A stretch of DNA of 64,000 nucleotides, taken from the NCBI GenBank assembly GCA_026188615.1, contig GCA_026188615.1_4525.1. One strand, given 5' to 3'. Of the stretch, positions 20,541 through 30,026 are shown piece by piece. The notes below the pieces were generated by a model. That model saw only the letters and a list, made by a program, of their open reading frames with translations. It made no database searches and was not told the DNA's origin. Both the position numbers and the translations under genes were made by a program. How positions within the stretch are numbered: position 1 is the stretch's first letter; each line of letters starts with the position of its first letter. This DNA is from a phage.

Positions 20541-21235
20541 TTAGAATCCTTAAATTTACATTTATCATAATGCCATCTTAGAGCATTGCCTTTATTAACT
20601 TTCTTGCCACAATGCGGACAAGGTGGATATTCAGTACTTTGCTTAGTTCTCAAAGAAATCAAATCACGAGTTTCTTTAGTATGAGGAACATCTCTTGTTG
20701 GAGATATTGTACCATACATAGGATTAAGCACACCTAGTTTAGCTTTTGCTATATTCTTTTTGGCTTCATCTGATTTAGGTTTTCTCATCTTTTTCTTAGT
20801 TTCTTCACTTTTAGCCCTTCCTTTGGTTGCCGCCGATATTTTGTGCTTGGTTTCTTCTGTTAAATGTAGGCCTGTTTTCGCTTTTGAAATTTTCAGTCTT
20901 GTTTCTTCAGAAATGACCATACCTTTGCGAAATTGTGAATTTAACTTCTTTGCATGGGCATATATTTTAGAATGAACTTTATAATGTCGTTTCTTGGTTC
21001 CTTTCATATTGCACATCATGAAAAATGCGAATATAACAGATTTTATCGGATAAATCTTTGATAAAATAGCATGTGCTATAAAATGCTCTCTAGCTGTTAA
21101 TTCAACTAAATTTTCTTTATCATCAGAACCTCCTAAACATCTAGGAACTATATGATGAGTCTCTTTATATTCGGATAAAGGTTCCCGAGCCTTAGCCCGG
21201 GAAATTAGGTCGTTATAGATTTTTTGATAATTCAT
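20537..21235 (-). CDS. mobE: free-standing HNH homing endonuclease, MobE-like
   Basis: 232 aa; HNH motif ETHHIVPRCLGGSDDKENLVELTAREH; repeated basic NUMOD-like K.SEETK..IS.A units; sits between nrdA and nrdB as mobE does in T4. Confidence 0.7.
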   Translation of the reverse strand: MNYQKIYNDLISRAKAREPLSEYKETHHIVPRCLGGSDDKENLVELTAREHFIAHAILSKIYPIKSVIFAFFMMCNMKGTKKRHYKVHSKIYAHAKKLNSQFRKGMVISEETRLKISKAKTGLHLTEETKHKISAATKGRAKSEETKKKMRKPKSDEAKKNIAKAKLGVLNPMYGTISPTRDVPHTKETRDLISLRTKQSTEYPPCPHCGKKVNKGNALRWHYDKCKFKDSK

Positions 21236-23490
21236 TACAATTTACAAGCAGAACAATCTTCAGCTTTAGGTGTTTCTAATTCATAGTCGTCTGTACCAGA
21301 CCCATCACGAGTGTTATGATAGTAGAGGTTTTTTCCGCCAAAGTACCAGAAGTAAAGCAGATCGTCAAGCATTACAGACATTGGCACTTTACCTTTCTCA
21401 AATACTGCAGGGTCATAGTAAGTATTAGCAGAAGCAGATTGGCACACCCATTTCAACATGATAGCAACTTGGGTCAAATAAGGTTTATTACCTTTCTTAG
21501 CAAGTTTCCACGCGTAGTCGTAAAGACTCATGTTATGTTCTATATTAGGAACAACCTGTCGGAAGTTGCCTTCTTTAGATTCTTTAATACTTACTGGACC
21601 GCGTGGGGGCTCAATCCCGTTTGTAGAGTTCGATACTTGACTGCTTGACTCACAAGGCATGAGTGCAGACAACGTTGAGTTACGAATTCCATGTTCTTTG
21701 AGTTCAGCTCGAAGTTCTTCCCAGTCACAGACGTAGTTCGGGGCCGCGATTTGGTCAATCTTTTTATTGTACCAGTCGATAGGTAATTCGCCTCTAGACC
21801 ATTTAGTGTCTGAATAATACTCGCAAGGTCCTTTTTCTTTGGCGAGTTTGATTGAAGCTTTGATAAGGCCATATTGCAATCTCTCAAACAATTCATGAGT
21901 CAAATCGTTAGCATCTTCATATGAAGCAAAGTTAGAAGCTAACCATGCAGCATAGTTCGTCACACCAACGCCGAGGTTTCGACGCTTTTTAGCTTTTAAA
22001 GCTTCTGGAACAGGATAATCTTGATAGTCTAACAGGTTATCAAGTGCACGTACTTGTACTTCAGCAAGTTCATTAATTTTATCTTGGTCTTGCCAATCAA
22101 ATTTATCTAATACAAAAGCAGATAATGTGCATAAACCAATTTCAGCGTCAGGACCATTCACATCATTAGTTGGAATAGCGATTTCACAACATAAGTTACT
22201 CTGACGAATTGGAGCTTTTTCACGAATAAACGGAGTGTAGTTATTCGTGTTATCAACAAACTGTGGATAAATTCGAGCAGTACCAGAACGTTCAGTCATG
22301 AACAATTCAAAGAGTTCTAGTGCTTTGATTCTTTTCTTTCTGATTGTTGGGTCTTTTTCAGCTTTCTCATAAAGCTCACGGAATTTATCTTGATCTTCAA
22401 AGAACGAGTAGTATAGTTCGCCTGACATTTCGTGAGGGCTAAATAAAGTAATATAATCATTTTTACCAAGGCGTTCCATCATAAGGTCATTAATCTGAAT
22501 TCCGTAGTCCATATGTCGAATACGGTTTTCATCCACGCCTTTGTTATTTTTCAGAACTAATAGGTTCTCTACTTCTAAGTGCCACATCGGATAATACGCT
22601 GTAGCAGCACCACCACGAATACCACCTTGAGAACAAGATTTTACTGCAGTTTGGAAATGTTTCCAGAATGGAATAACACCTGTATGTCGAACTTCACCCA
22701 TACCGATCTTAGAACCTTCTGCACGAAGCATGCCAACGTTGATACCGATACCAGCTCGTTTAGAAATATATTCAATAATTGATGCTGAAGTTTTGTTAAT
22801 AGATTTTAACGAATCACCGGCTTCAATAACTACACAACTAGAGAACTGGCGAGTCGGAGTACGAGCACCTGCCATAATTGGGGTTGGCAATGAAACTTGA
22901 TGAGTAGAAACAGCATCATAAAAACGAATAATATGTTTCAAACGGTCATGAGTTTCGTCTTGATGTAAGGCCATACCAATAGCCATGATAGCAAACTGGG
23001 GAGTTTCATAAATCTTACCAGTTGTTTTATCTTTAACTAGGTATTTTTCTTTAAGCTGCATAGCACCAGCATAAGTCAGGTCAAAGTCTCGTTCATGTTT
23101 AATCTGTGAATCGAGATAAATGATTTCTTCTGCTGAATATTGAGACAACAGCTCAGGGTCATATTTGCCTTCATTAACACAGTAAGAAATATGGTCGATA
23201 AAAGCAGGCGGTTCAAACTGCCCATATACATCTTTACGAAGTGCAAACATTAGCCCTTTGGCGGCGACATACTGATAATCGGGTTCTTCGACAGAAATCA
23301 AGTTAGCTGCAACTTTAATACAAATCTTCTGGATATCTTTGGTGCTCATCCCATCGTCAAGATGGGTCTTAATTTCTTCGTACAATTCATATGGGTCGAT
23401 TTGTGTTCCTTCACATTGCCAAGTTAATACTTGAATAATTTTCTGTGCATCAAAATTTTGGGATACCCCACTGCTCTTAGTTACTTGCAT
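21235..23490 (-). CDS. nrdA: ribonucleotide reductase large subunit
   Basis: 751 aa (T4 NrdA 754); class I RNR large-subunit size and position next to nrdB. Confidence 0.9.
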   Translation of the reverse strand: MQVTKSSGVSQNFDAQKIIQVLTWQCEGTQIDPYELYEEIKTHLDDGMSTKDIQKICIKVAANLISVEEPDYQYVAAKGLMFALRKDVYGQFEPPAFIDHISYCVNEGKYDPELLSQYSAEEIIYLDSQIKHERDFDLTYAGAMQLKEKYLVKDKTTGKIYETPQFAIMAIGMALHQDETHDRLKHIIRFYDAVSTHQVSLPTPIMAGARTPTRQFSSCVVIEAGDSLKSINKTSASIIEYISKRAGIGINVGMLRAEGSKIGMGEVRHTGVIPFWKHFQTAVKSCSQGGIRGGAATAYYPMWHLEVENLLVLKNNKGVDENRIRHMDYGIQINDLMMERLGKNDYITLFSPHEMSGELYYSFFEDQDKFRELYEKAEKDPTIRKKRIKALELFELFMTERSGTARIYPQFVDNTNNYTPFIREKAPIRQSNLCCEIAIPTNDVNGPDAEIGLCTLSAFVLDKFDWQDQDKINELAEVQVRALDNLLDYQDYPVPEALKAKKRRNLGVGVTNYAAWLASNFASYEDANDLTHELFERLQYGLIKASIKLAKEKGPCEYYSDTKWSRGELPIDWYNKKIDQIAAPNYVCDWEELRAELKEHGIRNSTLSALMPCESSSQVSNSTNGIEPPRGPVSIKESKEGNFRQVVPNIEHNMSLYDYAWKLAKKGNKPYLTQVAIMLKWVCQSASANTYYDPAVFEKGKVPMSVMLDDLLYFWYFGGKNLYYHNTRDGSGTDDYELETPKAEDCSACKL

Positions 23491-23577
23491 ATATTCCTCA
23501 GTATAGGTTGATAGACATTACTCCAAACGGGATAGTATTTATCCCGTTAATTTATTATACACTTTTAAACTGAAGCG

Positions 23578-23832
23578 TTAATTATTCTTAGCAATAATTT
23601 CTTTGTATTCTTTAGGAGTCAAGACCGTAATATCGAAATAAACCAATGGTTCTTTTTCCGTACCGTAACCACCACAAAATTCACGATATTCATAAATTCG
23701 TTCATGTGAATAACAAACGAATCGTTCACCTTTAACTGTGATTTCACTATTTGGTGAAGGGATATCTAGTTCGGTAGGATTTTTCATTTCAAAAATTGTG
23801 GTGCCATATGAATTAATAAAACGTAAAATCAT
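23578..23832 (-). CDS. hypothetical small protein (nrdA.1 position)
   Basis: 84-aa ORF between td and nrdA. Confidence 0.45.
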   Translation of the reverse strand: MILRFINSYGTTIFEMKNPTELDIPSPNSEITVKGERFVCYSHERIYEYREFCGGYGTEKEPLVYFDITVLTPKEYKEIIAKNN

Positions 23833-23833
23833 T

Positions 23834-24694
23834 TTATACCGCCATTTTAGCTTTGATAGCTGGATGTGATTCGTAATTTTTAAGAACGAAATCAGAATGT
23901 GTCATCGTTCCAGTAACCCAGTCCATTTGGATTTTTGTAGGCCAATTCTCAAAATTACTAGGCCAATTAATTTCAAGAGAACACAACTCTTTAGGTTCAC
24001 GACGAAGAACTTCTTTGCATTGTTCTACATGATTGCTGTAGATATGCGTGTTGCCGCCTGAGAACACTAAATCACCCGGGATAAGGTTACACATCTTCGC
24101 TACAATATGCGTCAAGGCGGCGTACGAGGCGATGTTGAACGGCAAGCCCAAGAAAACATCTACACTGCGTTGATACCATTGTAAATCAAGATGTCCATTA
24201 CGCACATTAAATTGATAGAACATATGACAAGGAGGAAGAGCCATTTGGTCAATTTCGGCAGGGTTCCATGCAGAAACTATTTGACGACGGTCAGTTGGTA
24301 ATTTTTTAATACGGTTGATTGTTTCAACCAATTGGTCCACACCACCAAAATCTCGCCATTGCTTACCATAAATAGGACCAAGTTCGCCACTATGATAACC
24401 AAGGTCTTTTGCCTGATTTTCATAGTTGTCGTCCCAAATAGTTTTGCCTTCAATTAGACTACCATGAGTACGAATACGCAAATCATTAACATTGGTAGAA
24501 CCAGACATGAACCACAGTAGTTCGGCAATACAAGCTTTCCATGCTAATTTCTTAGTTGTTACTGCAGGGAATCCTTTAGTCAGGTCCCAACGTAATTTAG
24601 TTCCGAACAGGGCAATTGTTCCTGTGCCTGTACGGTCGTCTGTTTCATAGCCGTTTTCAAGGATATTTTTAATTAAATCTTGATATTGTTTCAT
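23834..24694 (-). CDS. td: thymidylate synthase, intronless
   Basis: 286 aa contiguous ORF = T4 Td mature length; conserved TS motifs (LPPCH, DLQWYQRS); no intron present. Confidence 0.95.
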   Translation of the reverse strand: MKQYQDLIKNILENGYETDDRTGTGTIALFGTKLRWDLTKGFPAVTTKKLAWKACIAELLWFMSGSTNVNDLRIRTHGSLIEGKTIWDDNYENQAKDLGYHSGELGPIYGKQWRDFGGVDQLVETINRIKKLPTDRRQIVSAWNPAEIDQMALPPCHMFYQFNVRNGHLDLQWYQRSVDVFLGLPFNIASYAALTHIVAKMCNLIPGDLVFSGGNTHIYSNHVEQCKEVLRREPKELCSLEINWPSNFENWPTKIQMDWVTGTMTHSDFVLKNYESHPAIKAKMAV

Positions 24695-24707
24695 TTAGCA
24701 CCTATAA

Positions 24708-25665
<958 letters not shown>

Positions 25666-25947
25666 TCAAAACCCCTTTTCAATAAACCATTCAGTGGCTT
25701 TATTAGCGTCAAAGAATAACTCTTCATATGTCTTTTCTTTGTTTTCAAAAACTGTCACACAAACACGTTGACATTCTCCACAGTATTCTTCTGACATACT
25801 CAAAGCGTCAGAAAACATTTCATTAAATTCACTTAAATCGGGATTATGCAATGCGTTAAAAATTGCATAATCGAATTCGTCATTCATAAATTCAAATACA
25901 AAAATCATATTATTTTTCCTCAAACAGACTTTTTCACAATTTTCCAA
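25666..25947 (-). CDS. hypothetical small protein (frd.1 position)
   Basis: 93-aa ORF. Confidence 0.4.
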   Translation of the reverse strand: MENCEKVCLRKNNMIFVFEFMNDEFDYAIFNALHNPDLSEFNEMFSDALSMSEEYCGECQRVCVTVFENKEKTYEELFFDANKATEWFIEKGF

Positions 25948-26162
25948 TCAGCTTTAAACGATTCAACATCAGAGTGGTGAATCCAGAACCCTGCACTTTC
26001 ACCATCTTCATAGAGTGGACATCCATCGCATTCATCTTCCCAACCCATATCGCGTAAAAGATGTTCAGCTTTTTCAACAAGTTCAGCGTCTTTACCGACG
26101 ATGTTGAAGTACCATTTACCTCTAACTTCAGAATCTTTGATGCTCTGGCGTTGCAATCTCAT
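25920..26162 (-). CDS. hypothetical small protein (frd.2 position)
   Basis: 80-aa ORF. Confidence 0.4.
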   Translation of the reverse strand: MRLQRQSIKDSEVRGKWYFNIVGKDAELVEKAEHLLRDMGWEDECDGCPLYEDGESAGFWIHHSDVESFKADWKIVKKSV

Positions 26163-26226
26163 TTTATTCTCCGCTTCACTTTTGATTTGATAGGGCTACT
26201 ATAACATAGCCCTATCTTGTTATAAA

Positions 26227-26613
26227 CTACTTTTTAAAAGTTTTTTGCAAAAGTTCGATTATTTCGTCGACGTTGGTTTCATCTACGATACAATGGATTT
26301 TTGTTACACCTAAAGTTATACCTTCGTTAGTAGGTTGAGGCTTTACTAAATCTACCTCAGTAAAGTATTTGAATTCTTCAGAGTAAATCTCAAAATACGT
26401 CTCAAGTGGGCCACCAGCCGTGTATTCAGTGCCATCTTCCATAGTTACACGTACCACACATTCACCAGCGCAATCATCACTTTCCATTTCATCTACAACA
26501 AAACTAGGTCCGTGCTTCTCTATTAAATTTAGCATCATTACATTGCAACGGCACTCGTTAGCAAAGTCATTTTTAAATAAAGGGTTAATGATATAAGTTT
26601 TTCCGATTTCCAT
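26227..26613 (-). CDS. hypothetical protein (frd.3 position)
   Basis: 128-aa ORF preceded by early promoter ~26638..26672. Confidence 0.45.
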   Translation of the reverse strand: MEIGKTYIINPLFKNDFANECRCNVMMLNLIEKHGPSFVVDEMESDDCAGECVVRVTMEDGTEYTAGGPLETYFEIYSEEFKYFTEVDLVKPQPTNEGITLGVTKIHCIVDETNVDEIIELLQKTFKK

Positions 26614-26637
26614 TTTGATTTCCTCATGTTGTTGATA

Positions 26638-26672
26638 TGTCTATACTAACACATCCAGGGAAGAAGTAAACA
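26638..26672 (-). promoter_or_regulatory. T4 early-type promoter (GTTTAC -35, TAGTAT/TATAGA -10)
   Basis: Minus-strand GTTTAC at 26666..26671 and TATAGA region 26640..26648. Confidence 0.45.
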
Positions 26673-26702
26673 ACTTTTTCGGCAATTTACAGATACTCAA
26701 AA

Positions 26703-26720
26703 GGGAGACCGAAGTCTCCC
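26703..26720 (-). terminator. gene 32 intrinsic terminator hairpin GGGAGAC-UUCG-GUCUCCC plus U-run
   Basis: Perfect 7-bp stem, CGAA loop on plus strand, A-run at 26696..26700; immediately downstream of gene 32 stop. Confidence 0.6.
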
Positions 26721-26726
26721 AATTTA

Positions 26727-27629
26727 TTATAGACCGGCTAACAGGTCATCGAGGTCACCATCATCAGAGGACGAGGTAGAACTCATGAAGTCATCTTCAG
26801 TTTTTGCAGAACTAAAGGCTTCCATGTCTTTATCGAAATCGTCAAGGTCAGAAGCAACTTTATCTGCAACAGAAGCTGCTGCGGCTGCTGCACCACCAAG
26901 AGCGGCAGTACCAAGAACCTTAGCGAAAGATTCATTTAATTTTTCAAAGGATTTGAACTGGTCTTTAGCCGTCAAAGTAGTAAGGTCTACCATCTGGTCA
27001 TATAGTTCTTTCTGGAATGCTTCGTCATTAATACGAGGAATTTCAGATTGACCCAAGAATTTAGATTCGTCATAGTTGCTAAAACCTGAAACCTGCTTAG
27101 CTTTCAGAACAAAGTTAGCACCTTCAAACGGACAAGTAACATCAACTGGAGTTTCACCCATTTCGGTATCAACAGCAATCATTGCATTGATTTTGTCCCA
27201 AATCTTTTTACCGAAACGATATTTAAATACTTTACCTTCGTTATCTGGAGCTTGAGGGTCTTTAACAACCAGAATATTAGCCCAATAAGAAGTTTTACGT
27301 TTCAGTTGAGAATATTCAGCTTTGTTGGTATTGTACAGGTCATTTTTACTAATGTACTGACATACAGGACAAGAGTCGTAATCACCATGTGTAGAAGAGC
27401 AATTTTCAATATACCATTTACCATTTTTCTTGAAACCGTGGTTAACAAGAATTGCAAATGGTAGTGCATCATCAGTTTTTGCTGGCAAGAAACGAATTAC
27501 CGCTTGACCATTACCAGATGCATCTAGCTTCAGCTTCCATTCGCCTTTATCTTCTGAAGAGAAACCTTTGTTACCATTCAGTTTAGCCATTTGAGCAGCG
27601 AGGTCTGCGGTACTTTTACGTTTAAACAT
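26727..27629 (-). CDS. 32: single-stranded DNA-binding protein gp32
   Basis: 300 aa; near-identical N-terminus to recalled T4 gp32 ([34 protein letters not shown]); acidic C-terminal tail. Confidence 0.95.
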   Translation of the reverse strand: MFKRKSTADLAAQMAKLNGNKGFSSEDKGEWKLKLDASGNGQAVIRFLPAKTDDALPFAILVNHGFKKNGKWYIENCSSTHGDYDSCPVCQYISKNDLYNTNKAEYSQLKRKTSYWANILVVKDPQAPDNEGKVFKYRFGKKIWDKINAMIAVDTEMGETPVDVTCPFEGANFVLKAKQVSGFSNYDESKFLGQSEIPRINDEAFQKELYDQMVDLTTLTAKDQFKSFEKLNESFAKVLGTAALGGAAAAAASVADKVASDLDDFDKDMEAFSSAKTEDDFMSSTSSSDDGDLDDLLAGL

Positions 27630-27700
27630 TTTATTTGCCTTTATTTAGATTATTAATTAAATTTTACAGTTGGTTGCTACGACACTTATACCTCGTAGCT
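27630..27700 (-). promoter_or_regulatory. gene 32 5' leader, candidate autogenous translational operator (A/U-rich UUAA-type repeats)
   Basis: mRNA-sense leader reads ...UUAAUUAAUAAUCUAAAUAAAGGCAAAUAAA-AUG, resembling the T4 gene 32 operator; structure not verified. Confidence 0.35.
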
Positions 27701-27709
27701 GGTATGTTT

Positions 27710-27717
27710 TATTTATA
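27710..27717 (-). promoter_or_regulatory. T4 late promoter TATAAATA upstream of gene 32
   Basis: Exact TATTTATA on plus strand. Confidence 0.45.
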
Positions 27718-27746
27718 CGGTAATTCTAACACAGATAAAATAAAGC

Positions 27747-28400
27747 TTAATACTTACATGATTTGATTGTTTCTATGAACAATTTCTTAGCAGCATTTAC
27801 ATCGATTTGAAGTATTTTTCGATATGCCTTTAATTTGGTAGAATAATTTTGCCAGACTAAGTTATCGGTGAGTTCGTCGTGCTTATCTATAATATTCAAA
27901 AACGAGTCCAACAATAAGAAAGTCTCAAATGAAATTATATTGCTTTGTAGCAATTTAAATATGTAGCTCGACTGAACTTTATTATTATAATCAAATATCT
28001 CTTGAAGCGCACTAACTTCCACTTTCTTACTGAAATAGTAGATGTTACGTACATCTTCAGCAAACGTCTCCTTGGCTTGTTTGAGACGTCCAATATATTC
28101 CCTATAGAAAACTAATGCATCAGCGTCTGATATCTCACCAATCCATGCATCTTGGTTAGCAACTAAGTTGCTTATGAATATCAAGGTGAGTTCCTTTAAT
28201 TTATATTTCTCTGCTAGTTTTTCAAAGAAATATTTATCTCGGCGTTTTTGATACGCATTATCCGAAACACGCATGCACCAGTTATATTTGATTACGTCAT
28301 ACCGACCATTAAAATGTTGTTTGCACATCAAGTATAGTTTGTATACCGATTTTCCGTTAATATAACGTTCTCCATCAGGAGGCATGCGTATTTTAATCAT
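27747..28400 (-). CDS. 59: gp59 helicase loader
   Basis: 217 aa; near-colinear with recalled T4 gp59 (MIK.RMP..GERYI.GKSVYKLYLM.KQH.NG.YDVIKYNWCMRVSD). Confidence 0.95.
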   Translation of the reverse strand: MIKIRMPPDGERYINGKSVYKLYLMCKQHFNGRYDVIKYNWCMRVSDNAYQKRRDKYFFEKLAEKYKLKELTLIFISNLVANQDAWIGEISDADALVFYREYIGRLKQAKETFAEDVRNIYYFSKKVEVSALQEIFDYNNKVQSSYIFKLLQSNIISFETFLLLDSFLNIIDKHDELTDNLVWQNYSTKLKAYRKILQIDVNAAKKLFIETIKSCKY

Positions 28401-28735
28401 AATAAGAAATCTAACGTATTAGTTTTTTCACCACGAGCAACTGATGGGCGAAGCATGTTTTCGTCAATTGCTTCGCTTGTAATTTTTTCAACAATTCCTG
28501 TAGGAATAAATTTAGCAAATTGTGTTTCTGGAATAGAATTTTCTTCCAAGAAAGCAGTTGTTGCTTCTAAATAAGACATACCAAATTGTTCAACCATGGA
28601 TTCGATAATGAATCCGTTTTCTTGTCGGTCAAGCAATTTAGCGATATCATCTTTATCGTGTTTTACTGCTAATTCTTGTTCAGATAAACCGGCCTCATCA
28701 ACCGGTTTAATATCACTTAGTGAAAACTGTGTCAT
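28397..28735 (-). CDS. 33: gp33 late transcription co-activator
   Basis: 112 aa = T4 gp33; position between 59 and dsbA. Confidence 0.85.
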   Translation of the reverse strand: MTQFSLSDIKPVDEAGLSEQELAVKHDKDDIAKLLDRQENGFIIESMVEQFGMSYLEATTAFLEENSIPETQFAKFIPTGIVEKITSEAIDENMLRPSVARGEKTNTLDFLL

Positions 28736-28982
28736 AAAGCTCGACTACCTCTTCGTTTTCAGCTTCAAATTGATCACGAGCGTCTTTATGATAAAGAGCT
28801 AACAAACGATTAAACATTTTTCCATCGACACCAAGCTCTTCTTTAGCACGAGTACGAATGTCTTTAATCAGTTCATTATAACCAGAAATTTTAAGTTTGT
28901 TATCGGAAGCTTCCTTGACTAGTTTAGCCAGTTCTTCACCGTGCACATCTTGATTAAATTCAACTGCTTCTTTCTTAGCCAT
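28713..28982 (-). CDS. dsbA: DsbA double-stranded DNA-binding protein
   Basis: 89 aa from internal Met (T4 DsbA 89 aa); position between rnh and 33. Confidence 0.7.
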   Translation of the reverse strand: MAKKEAVEFNQDVHGEELAKLVKEASDNKLKISGYNELIKDIRTRAKEELGVDGKMFNRLLALYHKDARDQFEAENEEVVELYDTVFTK

Positions 28983-28989
28983 GTTTACC

Positions 28990-29907
28990 TCAGAATTCAT
29001 TAATTACACTTGTTAATTTAGAAAGACCAGATTTTACAAAGTATGAATAAATCTTGCCTTTAGGTTGTGGTTTATATGAATTATAATACTCTATAATGGT
29101 TGAAGCAATATTATCAGGGATATAATTAAAATCAATGAGAACCAAATTTTCTTGATACCGTTTATATTCTTCTGCACTTAATAATACTTCAGCTTGAGAA
29201 CGGTCATTGGCAATTGCTTCAATAATCGATGTTTTCATACTCGGAGTTCGTTCACCATCAACTCTGGTAAACCAGAAGTCGCCACGAACTCGAACAGATG
29301 CAACACCATCCTTACGGTCACCTTTAAGAATTTTAGTCATGCAATCAATTTCAGCAGAACCGTTCTTAATTTTAACCCATTTTTTCTGTGGTGGCGACCA
29401 CTGTTTAACGTTAGGATATTTGTGTAATTGTGTAAAGTCACCATCTGATGCAACAATACATACTTTATGTCCAGCTAATGACAAATATTTAGTTAATACA
29501 CCGATATGGTCATCCGCTTCATACTTGTCAATATCCATTACAACGTATGGCATGTATTTCTTAATCTCATCAACAACTTGATGGAGTGCAGTAAAATATC
29601 CTTCCCAATCCCACTTTGAAGCTTCACGATCGGTTTTACGATTTTTCTTGTAATAGTAAGCAAAGTCACGACGCCAATAACCCGAAGTAGCATTATCCAT
29701 ACACAATACAAATTTTGTATAGCCTTGCTTACGGAACATCACTACGTTTTTACGAATTGAATTCAAGATTACATGACGAACCATCGGAACGGTAATTTTA
29801 TCGCCGTCTTCAAAGTTGTTTAATGCGGCTGCCAATGCAATGTTACTAAAGTCGGCAAGTGCAATACCTTCTTTGTAATCTTCATCCAACATCATTTCTA
29901 AATCCAT
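28990..29907 (-). CDS. rnh: RNase H (5'-3' exonuclease/flap endonuclease)
   Basis: 305 aa; near-colinear with recalled T4 RNase H (MDLEMMLDEDYKEGI...). Confidence 0.95.
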   Translation of the reverse strand: MDLEMMLDEDYKEGIALADFSNIALAAALNNFEDGDKITVPMVRHVILNSIRKNVVMFRKQGYTKFVLCMDNATSGYWRRDFAYYYKKNRKTDREASKWDWEGYFTALHQVVDEIKKYMPYVVMDIDKYEADDHIGVLTKYLSLAGHKVCIVASDGDFTQLHKYPNVKQWSPPQKKWVKIKNGSAEIDCMTKILKGDRKDGVASVRVRGDFWFTRVDGERTPSMKTSIIEAIANDRSQAEVLLSAEEYKRYQENLVLIDFNYIPDNIASTIIEYYNSYKPQPKGKIYSYFVKSGLSKLTSVINEF

Positions 29908-29984
29908 ATGAACCTCTTGTTCAGTTAGTCAACTTGTCTATAGTAACACACTCATTTGAAAGCGTAAATAGTCTTTTACTCATT

Positions 29985-29992
29985 TATAAATA
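29985..29992 (+). promoter_or_regulatory. T4 late promoter TATAAATA upstream of gene 34
   Basis: Exact TATAAATA ~35 nt upstream of gene 34 ATG. Confidence 0.6.
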
Positions 29993-30026
29993 GTAAAATA
30001 GAACACATAATGATAAGAGGACTACC

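Noticed and set aside
23834-24694. Expected td group I intron with I-TevI
   Set aside because: td is a single uninterrupted 286-aa ORF; no intron present.
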